Shown here: positions 11,849 to 21,537 of the stretch, piece by piece
Position numbering within the stretch: the first letter of the stretch is position 1
How the letters are laid out: each line of letters opens with the position of its first letter
Source: Thermoanaerobaculia bacterium
GTDB lineage: Bacteria > Acidobacteriota > Thermoanaerobaculia > Gp7-AA8
DNA: 64,000 nt
NCBI GenBank assembly: GCA_036399015.1
Contig: DASWNW010000038.1
Span: 122,934 to 186,933 of the forward strand
Direction of reading: 5' to 3'
Notes under the pieces: model-generated
Databases searched by the model: none
Seen by the model: the letters and a program-made list of their open reading frames with translations, nothing else
What the model was told of the DNA's origin: nothing
Position numbers and translations under genes: made by a program

Positions 11849-12490
11849 GTGAGCTCGCTTCCCTTCCGCCACATCGCGATCGAGGGGCCGATCGGGGTCG
11901 GCAAGACTTCGCTGACCTCGCTGCTGGCGAAGCGGTTCCGGGGGACGCGCGTGCTCGAGGACGTCGACAACCCCTTCCTCGACGACTTCTACAAGGACAA
12001 GCGGGGGGCGGCGTTCCGGACCGAGCTCTTCTTCCTCCTCTCCCGCCACGATCAGCAGCGGCAGGTCGCGCAGCGGGACCTCTTCACGGAGCTCATCCTC
12101 GCCGACTACACCTTCGCCAAGAGCAAGATCTTCGCGTACCTCACCCTCGACGACTCCGAGCTCATGATCTACAACCGGCTCTACGACCTGCTGTGGGAGC
12201 AGGTGCCGAAGCCGGAGCTGGTGATTTACCTCCAGGGGAACCTTGATACACTCCTCAAACGCATAAAAAAGCGTGGGCGTGCCTACGAAAAGGCAATCTC
12301 GTCATCGTATTTGCAGGAGCTCAGTGAGGCGTACTCGCACTACTTTTACCGGTACGACGAGACGCCGCTGCTGGTCGTGAACACGAACGAGATCGATTTC
12401 GTGAACACGCCCGAGCATTTCGAACAGCTCGTGGAGCAGGTTCGGAACGCTCAAAAGGGAACTCAGTACTACGTACCGCTTGGATCCTGA
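11849..12490 (+). CDS. Deoxynucleoside kinase (dAK/dGK family).
   Basis: The P-loop IAIEGPIGVGKTS is present, together with family-typical downstream motifs. The start is assigned to GTG 11849. The upstream in-frame ATGs lie inside the hairpin repeat. Confidence 0.7.
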   Translation: MSSLPFRHIAIEGPIGVGKTSLTSLLAKRFRGTRVLEDVDNPFLDDFYKDKRGAAFRTELFFLLSRHDQQRQVAQRDLFTELILADYTFAKSKIFAYLTLDDSELMIYNRLYDLLWEQVPKPELVIYLQGNLDTLLKRIKKRGRAYEKAISSSYLQELSEAYSHYFYRYDETPLLVVNTNEIDFVNTPEHFEQLVEQVRNAQKGTQYYVPLGS

Positions 12491-12516
12491 GTGAACGGAC
12501 CGGGACGGGGATCGTA

Positions 12517-12598
12517 GGGAACGCGGAACGCTGAACACGGAACGATGAACCGCCCCAAGCGAGAGCTCATCGTTCACCGTTCATCCTTCATCGTTCAC
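12517..12598. repeat. Family-C hairpin element. It has tandem GAACG(A/C)TGAAC units, a loop, then tandem GTTCATCGTTC units.
   Basis: The inverted repeat is visible, with an imperfect inner unit. It sits 30 bp upstream of the panB start. Confidence 0.7.
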
Positions 12599-12629
12599 TC
12601 CGCCCTCTGCTCGTGCCACGGAGGAGTCA

Positions 12630-13514
12630 ATGAACGATAGGAAGAAGGTCACCGTCCCCGCCGTCCGCGCGATGAAGGGCAAGTCCCGCATCGGCATGCT
12701 CACCGCCTACGACTACCCCAGCGCCAAAGTCGCCGACGCGGCCGGCGCGGACGTACTCCTGGTCGGCGATTCCCTCGGCATGGTCGTCCTCGGCTACCCC
12801 GACACGCTGAGCGTCACCGTCGACGACATGCTCCACCACACCAAGGCGGTCGTGCGCGGCACGAAGGCGTCGCTGATCGTCGCCGACATGCCCTACCTCT
12901 CGTACCACGTCTCGGTCGAGGAGTCGGTGCGCAACGCCGGCCGCTTCATCCAGGCCGGCGCGCACGCGGTGAAGATCGAAGGGGCGAAGCCGGGGCGCAT
13001 CAGGACCATTGAGGCGATCCTCGAGGCCGAGATCCCGGTCATGGGGCACATCGGGCTCACCCCGCAGTCGGTCAACGCCCTCGGCGGCTTCAAGCTGCAG
13101 GGGAAGAACGCCGACGACGCCCGCCGCATGATCGACGAGGCGGTCGCGCTCGAGCGCGCCGGCTGCTTCTCCCTCGTCCTCGAATGCGTCCCATCCGAGC
13201 TCGCCGCGATGATCACCGAGCAGCTCACCATCCCCACCATCGGTATCGGCGCCGGCCCCTCGTGCGACGGGCAGGTGCTCGTCTTCCACGACGTCCTCGG
13301 CATCTACGACGGCCACACGCCGAAGTTCGTCCGCCAGTACGCCCACGTCGCGCAGGACATGCAGCAGGCGCTCGAGGGCTACCTCGCCGACGTCCGCAGC
13401 GGCGCCTTCCCCGACGAGGCGAAGGAGTCGTTCCACATGGCCAGCGACGAGGAGCTCAAGCGGCTCTACGCGACGCGCGACGACGGCGGGGTCGTGGTCG
13501 AGATGCCTCGATGA
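12630..13514 (+). CDS. panB: 3-methyl-2-oxobutanoate hydroxymethyltransferase.
   Basis: 294 aa. The family motifs LTAYDYPSA and GHIGLTPQS are present. Confidence 0.9.
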   Translation: MNDRKKVTVPAVRAMKGKSRIGMLTAYDYPSAKVADAAGADVLLVGDSLGMVVLGYPDTLSVTVDDMLHHTKAVVRGTKASLIVADMPYLSYHVSVEESVRNAGRFIQAGAHAVKIEGAKPGRIRTIEAILEAEIPVMGHIGLTPQSVNALGGFKLQGKNADDARRMIDEAVALERAGCFSLVLECVPSELAAMITEQLTIPTIGIGAGPSCDGQVLVFHDVLGIYDGHTPKFVRQYAHVAQDMQQALEGYLADVRSGAFPDEAKESFHMASDEELKRLYATRDDGGVVVEMPR

Positions 13515-14362
13515 ACGTCGCCTGGCGCATCGAGGAAGTCCGTGGCGCGATCCGCAAGGCACGCATGGCCGGCGCCACCGTCGGCCTCGTGCCCACCATG
13601 GGCTTTCTCCACGAGGGACATCTCTCGCTCATCCGCGTGCTGCGCGAGGCAGGCGCCTCGTTCATCGCCGTCTCGATCTTCGTCAACCCGCGGCAGTTCG
13701 GCGCGAATGAAGACTTCGCCCGCTACCCGCGCGACGAGGAGCGGGACGCGGCGCTGCTGGAGAAGGAAGGCGTCGACCTCCTCTTCCTCCCCGCGGTCGA
13801 GACGATGTACGCGGAGGGGGCGAACACGGTCGTGTCGGTAGGGAGCGTGGCGAAGCCGCTGGAAGGCGAGCGCCGCCCCGGCCACTTCGACGGCGTGGCC
13901 ACCGTCGTGGCGAAGCTGTTCAACATCGTGCAAAGTGACCTGGCGGCGTTCGGACGGAAAGACGCGCAGCAGTGCGCCGTCATCGAGCAGATGGTGCGCG
14001 ACCTCGACTTCCCGGTGCGCCTCGTCTTCGGTGAGACGCTGCGCGAGGACGACGGCCTGGCCATGTCGTCGCGCAACGCCTATCTCTCCGCCGACGAGCG
14101 GAAGAAGGCGCCGGTGCTCTACCGCGCCCTGCGTGCCGGCGAGAACGCGATCGCGCACGGCATCCGCGACGCGGCCGCGATCGAGCAGCTCATGCGCCGC
14201 GTCGTGTCGGAAGAGGGTGACGTGGACGTCGACTATCTCGCCGTCGTCGATCCGCTCACGTTCGAGCCGCCCACCCGCTCCACCCGCGACGTGCTGCTGG
14301 CGGGGGCAGTGCGGGTCGGCAAAACGCGCCTGATCGACAACGTGCGGGTGCCGCACGCATGA
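13511..14362 (+). CDS. panC: Pantoate--beta-alanine ligase.
   Basis: The motif LVPTMGFLHEGHLSLI is HIGH-like. It has ATGA overlaps with panB and panD. Confidence 0.9.
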   Translation: MNVAWRIEEVRGAIRKARMAGATVGLVPTMGFLHEGHLSLIRVLREAGASFIAVSIFVNPRQFGANEDFARYPRDEERDAALLEKEGVDLLFLPAVETMYAEGANTVVSVGSVAKPLEGERRPGHFDGVATVVAKLFNIVQSDLAAFGRKDAQQCAVIEQMVRDLDFPVRLVFGETLREDDGLAMSSRNAYLSADERKKAPVLYRALRAGENAIAHGIRDAAAIEQLMRRVVSEEGDVDVDYLAVVDPLTFEPPTRSTRDVLLAGAVRVGKTRLIDNVRVPHA

Positions 14363-14736
14363 TGCGGCGGCTGGTGCGGGCGGCGATCCGCAACGCCACC
14401 GTCACGCGCGGCGACGGCCTCACGCTGCGCCTCGACCCGGTCATCCTCCGCGCCGCGAACATCCTGCCGCTCGAAGAGGTGGAGCTCGTCCATCACGAGA
14501 CCGGTGAACGCTTCACCACCTTCGCCGAGCTCGGAGGCGACGGCGAGGTCCTCGCGCCGCGCATCCGCACCGGCGACGCGGTGAGCATCGTCTCCTGGGG
14601 CACGATGCACGACGGGCAAACGCTGAATCACACGGCGAAGATCGTAACGCTCGACGCCGACAACAGGGTGGTGGCGGTGACGGAAGTCTCAGCGACGCCC
14701 AAAGTCGATGAACCCCCGCTCCACATCCACCCCTAA
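14359..14736 (+). CDS. panD: Aspartate 1-decarboxylase.
   Basis: 125 aa. It is the third gene of the pan operon. The GSV self-cleavage region (VSIVSWG) is present. Confidence 0.85.
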   Translation: MMRRLVRAAIRNATVTRGDGLTLRLDPVILRAANILPLEEVELVHHETGERFTTFAELGGDGEVLAPRIRTGDAVSIVSWGTMHDGQTLNHTAKIVTLDADNRVVAVTEVSATPKVDEPPLHIHP

Positions 14737-16146
14737 CAGCTTCACCTTCGTGCGGTCGCCGATGTCCAGACCCTCCGAGCCGCGCACCACCTTCCCCTCG
14801 ATCGGCGGGTTGAAGATGCGCACCCACGTACCCTTCGCCGACGCGCCGGTGACGACGCCGTCGAACGACTCGCCGACGCGGTTCGCGAGCATGTAAGCCG
14901 CCGCGGTCTTGCGCACCTGGCGCTCGACCTTGTTCGCGGCGTCCTCCTGGTTCGTGCAGTGCTCCGCGAGCTCCGCCAGCTCCTCGACCGTGTACGGCGG
15001 CTCCTCCCCTGCCAGCGCCGCCTTCACCAGCCTGTGCGTGATCAGGTCGGGATAGCGGCGGTTCGGCGCGGTGGAGTGCGTGTAGTCCTTCACCGCCAGC
15101 CCGAAGTGGCCGGCCGGCTTGTCGCCCGCCTCCTCCACGACGTACTCCCCCGCTCCCATCGCCTTCACGATCGACAGCGACAGATCGGGGAAGCGCATCG
15201 GGTCGGCCTTCTTCATCCGCTTGAGGAACTCCTCGAGCGCCTTCGCATCCGGCTCCGGCGGCAGCCGCTCCCCCAGCTCCTCGGCGATGCGCTCGATGCG
15301 GTCCCAACGCTCCGGCGAGCGCACGACGCGGCGGATGCTCGGCAGTTTCTGCCGCGCCAGGTAGCGGGCCGTGACGCCGTTCGCGGCAATCATGAAGTCC
15401 TCGATGAGGAGGCGCGCGTTGTTCCGCCGCGACTGCCGCAGCTCGACCACCTGCCCGTCGCGGATCACCGGACGCGCCTCGATCGTCTCGAGGTCGAGCG
15501 CGCCGTTCTCGTGGCGGAGATCGCGCATCCGGTCGGCGGCGCGGTCCTGCAGCCGCAGCGACTCGGCCAGACCTTCGACGCGGCGCAGCTTCGCCGGCTC
15601 GTCGTCCTCGCCGTCGAGCCAGGCGGCGACGCGGTCGTACGCCAGTTTGGCGTGGTTGTGCACGAGCCCCCGATACAGATCCTCGGCGACGATGTGGCCG
15701 TCGTCGCGCACCGTCAGCTCGATCACCAGGGCGACGCGGTCGTGCCCCTCGTTGAGCGAGGTGAGATCGGTGGAGAGCTTCTCGGGCAGCATCGGAAAGA
15801 TCGTCGCGGCCGTGTACACCGAGGTGGTGTTGTGGCGCGCGTGGCGATCGATGGGGGTGTCCTTCTTCACCAGCGCGTCCACGTCGGCGACGGCGATGAG
15901 GATGCGCACGTTCCCGTCGCCGGCGTCCTCTCCCCATGTGAGCTGGTCGAGATCGCGCGAGTCGTCGTTGTCGATCGAGCACCAGCCCCAGTGCCGGAGG
16001 TCGCGCACCGAGTCGTCGGGAAGCGCGGGACCGCGGATGCCTTCGAGCTGCTTACGAACGTCCTTGTTGAAGTCGGGATCGAGGCCCTTGTCGATCATCG
16101 CCTGACGCGCCAACTCGTCGAGGAGCTCTTCATGCTTGCGATTCAT
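14689..16146 (-). CDS. RNB-domain exoribonuclease (RNase II/R family) with a C-terminal S1 domain.
   Basis: The RNB catalytic region and a C-terminal S1-like region (GKVVRGSEGLDIGDRTKVKL) are present. The start could instead be 16169. Confidence 0.7.
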   Translation of the reverse strand: MNRKHEELLDELARQAMIDKGLDPDFNKDVRKQLEGIRGPALPDDSVRDLRHWGWCSIDNDDSRDLDQLTWGEDAGDGNVRILIAVADVDALVKKDTPIDRHARHNTTSVYTAATIFPMLPEKLSTDLTSLNEGHDRVALVIELTVRDDGHIVAEDLYRGLVHNHAKLAYDRVAAWLDGEDDEPAKLRRVEGLAESLRLQDRAADRMRDLRHENGALDLETIEARPVIRDGQVVELRQSRRNNARLLIEDFMIAANGVTARYLARQKLPSIRRVVRSPERWDRIERIAEELGERLPPEPDAKALEEFLKRMKKADPMRFPDLSLSIVKAMGAGEYVVEEAGDKPAGHFGLAVKDYTHSTAPNRRYPDLITHRLVKAALAGEEPPYTVEELAELAEHCTNQEDAANKVERQVRKTAAAYMLANRVGESFDGVVTGASAKGTWVRIFNPPIEGKVVRGSEGLDIGDRTKVKLLGVDVERGFIDFGRR

Positions 16147-16200
16147 GGCCGCGGACGTTATCACCATGGCGTGAACGGGGTGCCGGCGGGCGACAACGCG

Positions 16201-17385
16201 ATGCTCGTGGAGCTCGGCGACGTGACGGCCGAGGAGCTGCACGCCGCGGCGAGGGAAATGCGGGGGAGGCCGGGTGTGCGGAAGGTCATCCCGGGGCATT
16301 CATCGCTCTACGTGATCTACGGCTCCGGCCCCGACGCGGAGGAATCGCAGCGCGAGCCGCGCGAGCATCGGATCCGTGTGGTGTTCGACGGGCCCGACCT
16401 GCGCATCCCGATCGACGACCTCCTGGCGCGTCTGCCGCTCCGGCTCACGGTGCGCTATCTCGGCTTTCGCGGCGGCTTCGCGTATCTCGACGGCTGGCCG
16501 GAGGAGTGGGCGATGCCGCGACGTCCGACGTCGCGCCCGGTGAAGGCCGGCTCGTTCGCGGTGGCGGGGACGGTGGCGGGGTTCTACCCGATCGACACGC
16601 CCGGCGGATGGAACATCCTCGGCCATACCGATGCGGAGGTGGAGAACGCATTCGTCCCCGGCGACACGATCGTCGTCGTCCCCTGGAGCGGCGGGCTCTC
16701 AGCCCGCCCGGGACGGCCTGAGAGGCCGTCCCTCCAGAGAGCGACGCTCGTCAATTCACCGCTGACCACCATCCTCGGCGTCCCCTTCGACGACGTCGCC
16801 GCGGAGCTGGCACGCAACGCCGTGCGCGGCAACGTCGAGCTCCTCGAATGCGCGATGACCGGCCCGCGGCTCCGCTTCGAGCAGGACGCCGTCATCGCCT
16901 GGTGCCCGCCCGATCTCCGGATCGAGACCCGCCGCGTGCGAGCGGGCGAAGAGGTGTCGTTCGGAAGGATCTCCGGCGGCCTGCGCGCCTACCTCGCCAT
17001 CGGCGACGAAGAAGGGATCGTCGGGAGCATCGAGCGCGGCGACCGCCACGTCATCCGCGCGCTGAAAGGGCCGCACGACACTCCGATCGCAGAAGAGGTC
17101 GAGTGCGAGGTCACGCCGCAGCTCGATCGGGTCGGCATCCGACTGCGTCCACTGCAGGCGCTGCACGTTGCCATCCCCGCAGACCTGAAGTCGATCGGCA
17201 TGCAGCGGGGGACGGTGCAGCTTCATCCCGACGGCTCGCTGGTGGCCATGGGGCCGGATCATCCGGTCACCGGCGGCTATCTGCAGCCGATGACCGTGAT
17301 CGTGTCGGAGAGGTGGAAGCTCGCCCAGCTCGTGCCGGGCGAGCGGGTGGTGCTCAAGACCCGAACTGATAGCCGGAGCGGCTGA
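16201..17385 (+). CDS. Fused carboxyltransferase-domain protein. It resembles 5-oxoprolinase subunits PxpB (AHS1/KipI) and PxpC (AHS2/KipA) fused together.
   Basis: The N-terminal half matches the KipI pattern (LVELGD...VIPGHSSLYVIY). The C-terminal half matches the KipA pattern (RLRFEQDAVIAW...GLRAYLAIG). No pxpA is adjacent. Confidence 0.6.
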   Translation: MLVELGDVTAEELHAAAREMRGRPGVRKVIPGHSSLYVIYGSGPDAEESQREPREHRIRVVFDGPDLRIPIDDLLARLPLRLTVRYLGFRGGFAYLDGWPEEWAMPRRPTSRPVKAGSFAVAGTVAGFYPIDTPGGWNILGHTDAEVENAFVPGDTIVVVPWSGGLSARPGRPERPSLQRATLVNSPLTTILGVPFDDVAAELARNAVRGNVELLECAMTGPRLRFEQDAVIAWCPPDLRIETRRVRAGEEVSFGRISGGLRAYLAIGDEEGIVGSIERGDRHVIRALKGPHDTPIAEEVECEVTPQLDRVGIRLRPLQALHVAIPADLKSIGMQRGTVQLHPDGSLVAMGPDHPVTGGYLQPMTVIVSERWKLAQLVPGERVVLKTRTDSRSG

Positions 17386-18408
17386 CGACCTTGAACTCCG
17401 GGTTGCGCAGCGAGACTTCGACCTTCTGGAACCCACGCTCCCCCTTCGGCTTCTGGGTGCGGTAGGTGAGGAGGTAGTAGCCGGCGTTGGTGTCCTCGAT
17501 GCGGTCGACGGCCGACTTGAAGCTCGTGTTGAACTGGAAGTAGTTGCCGCCGGTCGACTCCGAGATCTCGGAGAGGCGCTGGTGCACGTAGGTGGTCAGG
17601 CGGGCGTCCTGCTGGAGCTGCACGCCGTACACGGAGACGTTCGCCGCGTTGAGCGACTCGAGCATCGGGTCGAGGTACTGGCTGCGGGTGGTGAGGATGT
17701 CGCCGACCAGGCTCGACTCCTCGCGGTCGGCGATGCCGGGCGAGAAGAGCACCAGGTTCTTGCGCGCGCGGATGGGGCGCGTGGCGTCGGCGAGGAGGTC
17801 GAGCGCCTGGTACACCGTGCCGGTCTTGTTGACCATCTTCTTCGTGTCGATGTTGCGGAGGATCGAGGCGGTCTCGCCCGCCGGGGCCTTGGTGATGCCG
17901 CGCCCGAAGCGGGTGGCGTCGGCGAGGGCGCGCTCGAGCTGCCGCTTGTCGCTCGTGAAGTCGGTGTAGACCTTGAGGCGCACGTCGTGGCCGACGATGG
18001 CGACCAGGTCGTTCTCCTTCATGTCGTTGCGGACGAAGTCTTTCACCGCCTCGCGGGCGAGGGTGAGCTGGCTCTGGAACTGCGACGGCTCCATCGGCTT
18101 GTCGAAGAAGAAGATGAAGTAGCGGTCTTCGCGCACCCGCTCCACCTTGAACGGCGCGTTGGCCTCGGTGGCGTCGAGCAGGCGGCGGTTGGTGAAGTAG
18201 TCGACCGAGTCGATCTTCTGCACGGTCCCGTTTTCCTTGACCACGAAGTCGTCCGGGCCGAGGCCGAGGATCTGGTTGCCGCGGGAATCGGTGACGATGA
18301 CGTCGAGGAGGACCGCGTTGACGTCGATCTCCTGCTGGAACGTGCCGGTCTGGGCGAAGGTGGGAAGTGCGAGCGCGAGAAGCGCGATGAGGACTGCGAA
18401 ACGCTTCA
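17354..18408 (-). CDS. Secreted VWA-domain protein (acidobacterial-type VWFA-related domain).
   Basis: A signal peptide (MKRFAVLIALLALALPTFAQ) is followed by the pattern typical of TIGR03436-like proteins. Confidence 0.7.
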
Positions 18409-18567
18409 TAAATGGATCTCCTGTCGTATTTCGCAACGGGGCCCTGCAGGGGGCGATTCCGTGTTCACAGGAATGAACGGAAGGGGTATCCAGTTAGTTT
18501 GACCGCTTGGCGCGAAATCACTAGAATCCGCGCCTCCTGCGGCGAACCCTTCGCGGCAGAAGCAAAT

Positions 18568-18644
18568 CGGGGCATAGCTCAGCCTGGTAGAGCGCACGGT
18601 TCGGGACCGTGAGGTCGGAGGTTCAAGTCCTCTTGCCCCGACCA
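18568..18644 (+). tRNA. tRNA-Pro (anticodon CGG).
   Basis: A cloverleaf can be folded by eye. The acceptor stem is CGGGGCA/TGCCCCG. The anticodon loop is TTCGGGA, the T-loop is GGTTCAAGTCC and the 3' end is CCA. Confidence 0.9.
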
Positions 18645-18761
18645 TCTTTCTTCGAGATGGTCAGTTGCTGGTAGTACGCGTCGAGCCCGCCGGTTCCGCG
18701 TACCTATCTCGTTAAAGACGCATCAGCCAGAACGTCGCTCCCGCAGGGCTATCATCGGTGA

Positions 18762-19199
18762 ATGACTGACCCGGTGCTCACGAGCATCATCTCGGTAGCA
18801 GGCGCGCTTGTCGCCGCGGTCGCAGGATACGTGTTCACGAAGCGCGCGGAGCGAGAGTCGAGATGGCGTGATGAGAAGCTCGCTCACTACAAGGAGTTCA
18901 TGAAGAGCATGAGCGGAATCATCCACGATGAGTCCACTCGCGAGGGACAAATTCGCTTCGCAAAAGCCTGCAACGACATCCTGCTCTTCGCTCCTCAGAA
19001 CGTTCTCGAGCGGCTCCGCGATCTCCAAGACGAGATTTCGGCTTCGAACACGAATAAGAGCAAGGCGCGACATGACGAACTGCTATCGAAACTGCTCCTC
19101 GCCATGCGAAGGGACATCGGAGTACGTCCGGCGGACGATGAGAGGTCGTTTCGCGCAGAGCTGCGCGCGTCAGGAGCACCACCGGAGCGCAAGCTCTAA
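18762..19199 (+). CDS. Hypothetical protein with an N-terminal TM helix, encoded in a lower-GC (~56%) segment right after the tRNA.
   Basis: 145-aa ORF with a clear compositional shift. No family was recognised. Confidence 0.45.
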   Translation: MTDPVLTSIISVAGALVAAVAGYVFTKRAERESRWRDEKLAHYKEFMKSMSGIIHDESTREGQIRFAKACNDILLFAPQNVLERLRDLQDEISASNTNKSKARHDELLSKLLLAMRRDIGVRPADDERSFRAELRASGAPPERKL

Positions 19200-19738
19200 C
19201 GCCGTGTACCTGTCCAGGGCACGTCTTCGACGCCCGCCTCCCGGTTCGCGAACCTCGCCGCCACGAAGAGGTAATCCGACAACCGGTTGAGGTACGCGAT
19301 CGTCGATCGCGTGGCCTCCGACTCGTCCTGCAGCGCCACCACGAGCCGCTCCGCGCGGCGGCAGACCGTCCGCGCCACGTGCAGTTGCGCCGCGGCGAGC
19401 GACCCGGCGGGAAGGATGAAGCTCTTCAGCGGCTCGAGCTCCCGCTCCATGGCGTCGATGGCGAGCTCCAGCTCCTCGATCCGCCGCGCCTCGACGCCGG
19501 CAAAACGGCTGGTGCCGGGCGAGGCGAGATGGGCGCCGACCTCGAAGAGGTCTGACTGCACCTGCCGCAGGATCGCGTCTACGTCTTGCGGGACCGGTGA
19601 CGCGCGGGCGACGCCGACGTGGGAGCTCAGCTCGTCGACCGTGCCGTAGGCCTCGATGCGCGCGTCGTTTTTCGCGACGCGCGCACCACCGAAAAGCGAG
19701 GTCTGGCCGAGGTCGCCGGTGCGGGTGTAGATCTTCAA
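19196..19738 (-). CDS. ATP:cob(I)alamin adenosyltransferase, PduO type.
   Basis: The N-terminus MKIYTRTGDLGQTSLFGG and the rest of the 180-aa protein fit the PduO/MMAB family. Confidence 0.8.
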   Translation of the reverse strand: MKIYTRTGDLGQTSLFGGARVAKNDARIEAYGTVDELSSHVGVARASPVPQDVDAILRQVQSDLFEVGAHLASPGTSRFAGVEARRIEELELAIDAMERELEPLKSFILPAGSLAAAQLHVARTVCRRAERLVVALQDESEATRSTIAYLNRLSDYLFVAARFANREAGVEDVPWTGTRR

Positions 19739-19742
19739 CGCA

Positions 19743-21475
19743 CTAGGCTTCGGACTCGAGCTGGCGGATGCGCTCCTTGACGACCATCTCCGCGAGATCG
19801 GGGATCACTTCCCAGGCGATGTTGCGCACCACCTGGTCCGACATGAGCTCGACGACGCGGCGGGCGATGCGGTCCACCTGATCGTCCGACAGCTCGCCGT
19901 TCCGGGCCGCGATCGCCATCGGCGGCGCGTCGGGCGCAAGGGCAGGCGGCGGCACGACCGGCTCGTCCGGCTCGGCGGCCGCTTCGGCGGCGGCGAGCGG
20001 CGCCCACGACTGCTCCGGCGCCGGGTCGGGCTCCGGCGCGGGCGTGGTGTCGGCCGCGAACGGGAGGTCCTCCGGCATCGGCTCGGCGAACGGCGAGGCA
20101 GCAACCGGCGGCTCATCCTCGGCCGGCTCCGCGGTCGGCGCCCACAGCGACTCGACCGGATCCACTTCACGCGGCGCGAACGGCGAGTCGTCCTCGGCGG
20201 CCGGCTCGCTCCAGGGAGCGGGCTCCGGCGCGGAGAAGTCGGGCACCGGCTCGGGCGACGCCGCCACTTCCGGCTCCGCGGCGGGCGCGGGAGCGGGGGC
20301 GAAGTCGTCGAAACTCAGTTTCGGGAAGGCGCGCGTCTCGCCGCCGAAGGCAGGCGTGTCGTCCGCAACCGGGTCGCCCCAGGGGGCCGGCTCCTGCTCC
20401 GCGGCGGGCGGCGGCGTGGAGGCGGCCATCTGCTGGAGGTCGTCGAAGCTCATCTTCGGGAAGGCGCGCGTCTCGCCGCCGAAGGCAGGCGCGTCCGGCT
20501 CCTCGTCGAAGGGAGAGGGAGCGTCGAAGGGCGACGCGGCAGCTGGCGGCGGCTCGGGCGCCGGCTCCGCGGCAGGAGCGGCGTTCGCCATCTGCTGGAG
20601 GTCGTCGAACGTCATGCGGGGGAAGGCGCGCGTCTCGCCGCTGAACTCCTCGGCGGGCGGCGGCGCGCCGAACGGCGACTCCGCCTCGGGCTCCGGCGCG
20701 GGCGACGCGAAGTCGAACCCGCCGCCTGCCGGCTCGTCCCACGGCGACGCCGCGGGCGCCGGCTCCGGCGCGGGAGGAGGCGGCGGTGCGGCGGCCTCGG
20801 GAATCGAGGCGGGCGACTGCACCGACATCTGCTGCATCTCGTCGAATGTCATGCGCGGGAAGGCGCGCGTCTCACCGCTGAACTCCTCCGCCGGCGGCAG
20901 CTCGAACGGCATCTCCGTCGTCGGTGCGGGAGAGGGGGCGGCGCCGAAGATGTCGGCGTCGTGCGTAAAGGCGTCGGCAGCGGGCGGAGGGGTGTAGGCG
21001 GTGCTGAAGGAGCTCGCCGGCTCGGCGGGCGCGTCATCCATCCACGGCGACACCGCCGGTTCGGCCTCGGGGGCTGCCGCGGCGGGTGCGGCGGAGGCGC
21101 TCTGCGCCTGCGCGATCAGCTCCTCCACCTTGTGGATCAGGCTCTGCGACTCGAACGGCTTGGTGACGACGGCATCGCAGCCGGCCTTCTCGGCGCGATC
21201 CGGATCGAACGGCTCGAACGTGCCGGTCAGCAGCACCACCGGGATGTTGCGAAAGTCGGGATGCGACTTCACGTACTCGCAGACCTCGTAGCCGTTCTTC
21301 TCCGGCATGATGATGTCCGAGAGGATGATGTCGGGCCGCAGGTCGGCGAGTTTCTGCACCGCCTTCGCGCCGTTGTTGACGGCGGTGACCTCGTAATCGC
21401 CGTCGGAAAACGTCAGCTCGACGACCTTCTGGATGGTGATACTGTCGTCCGCGAGAAGGATCTTTTTCGGCATTG
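19743..21475 (-). CDS. Response regulator. It has an N-terminal receiver domain, a long Pro/Ala/Glu-rich linker with four copies of a 17-aa motif, and a short conserved C-terminal helix. It is RomR-like in architecture.
   Basis: The REC motifs are MPKKILLADD and the phospho-acceptor region DIIMPEKNGYEV. Four copies of GETRAFP(R/K)M(T/S)FD(D/E)(L/M)QQM are encoded by DNA repeats at about 20304, 20441, 20601 and 20839. Confidence 0.75.
20300..20900. repeat. Four dispersed direct repeats of about 60 bp (GTCGTCGAA..TCAT..GGGAAGGCGCGCGTCTCGCCGC..GAA) inside the response-regulator CDS.
   Basis: The near-identical segments are visible in the sequence. They encode the repeated peptide motif. Confidence 0.7.
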
Positions 21476-21537
21476 ATCTGGCTCCGTGAATGAGCAGCAA
21501 GCTACCACGGTAGTTTCGAGGGGACAAGAGATTACGG

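Noticed and set aside
14513-15982. 489-aa minus-strand ORF.
   Set aside because: It is an Arg-rich alternate frame inside the RNB ribonuclease gene.
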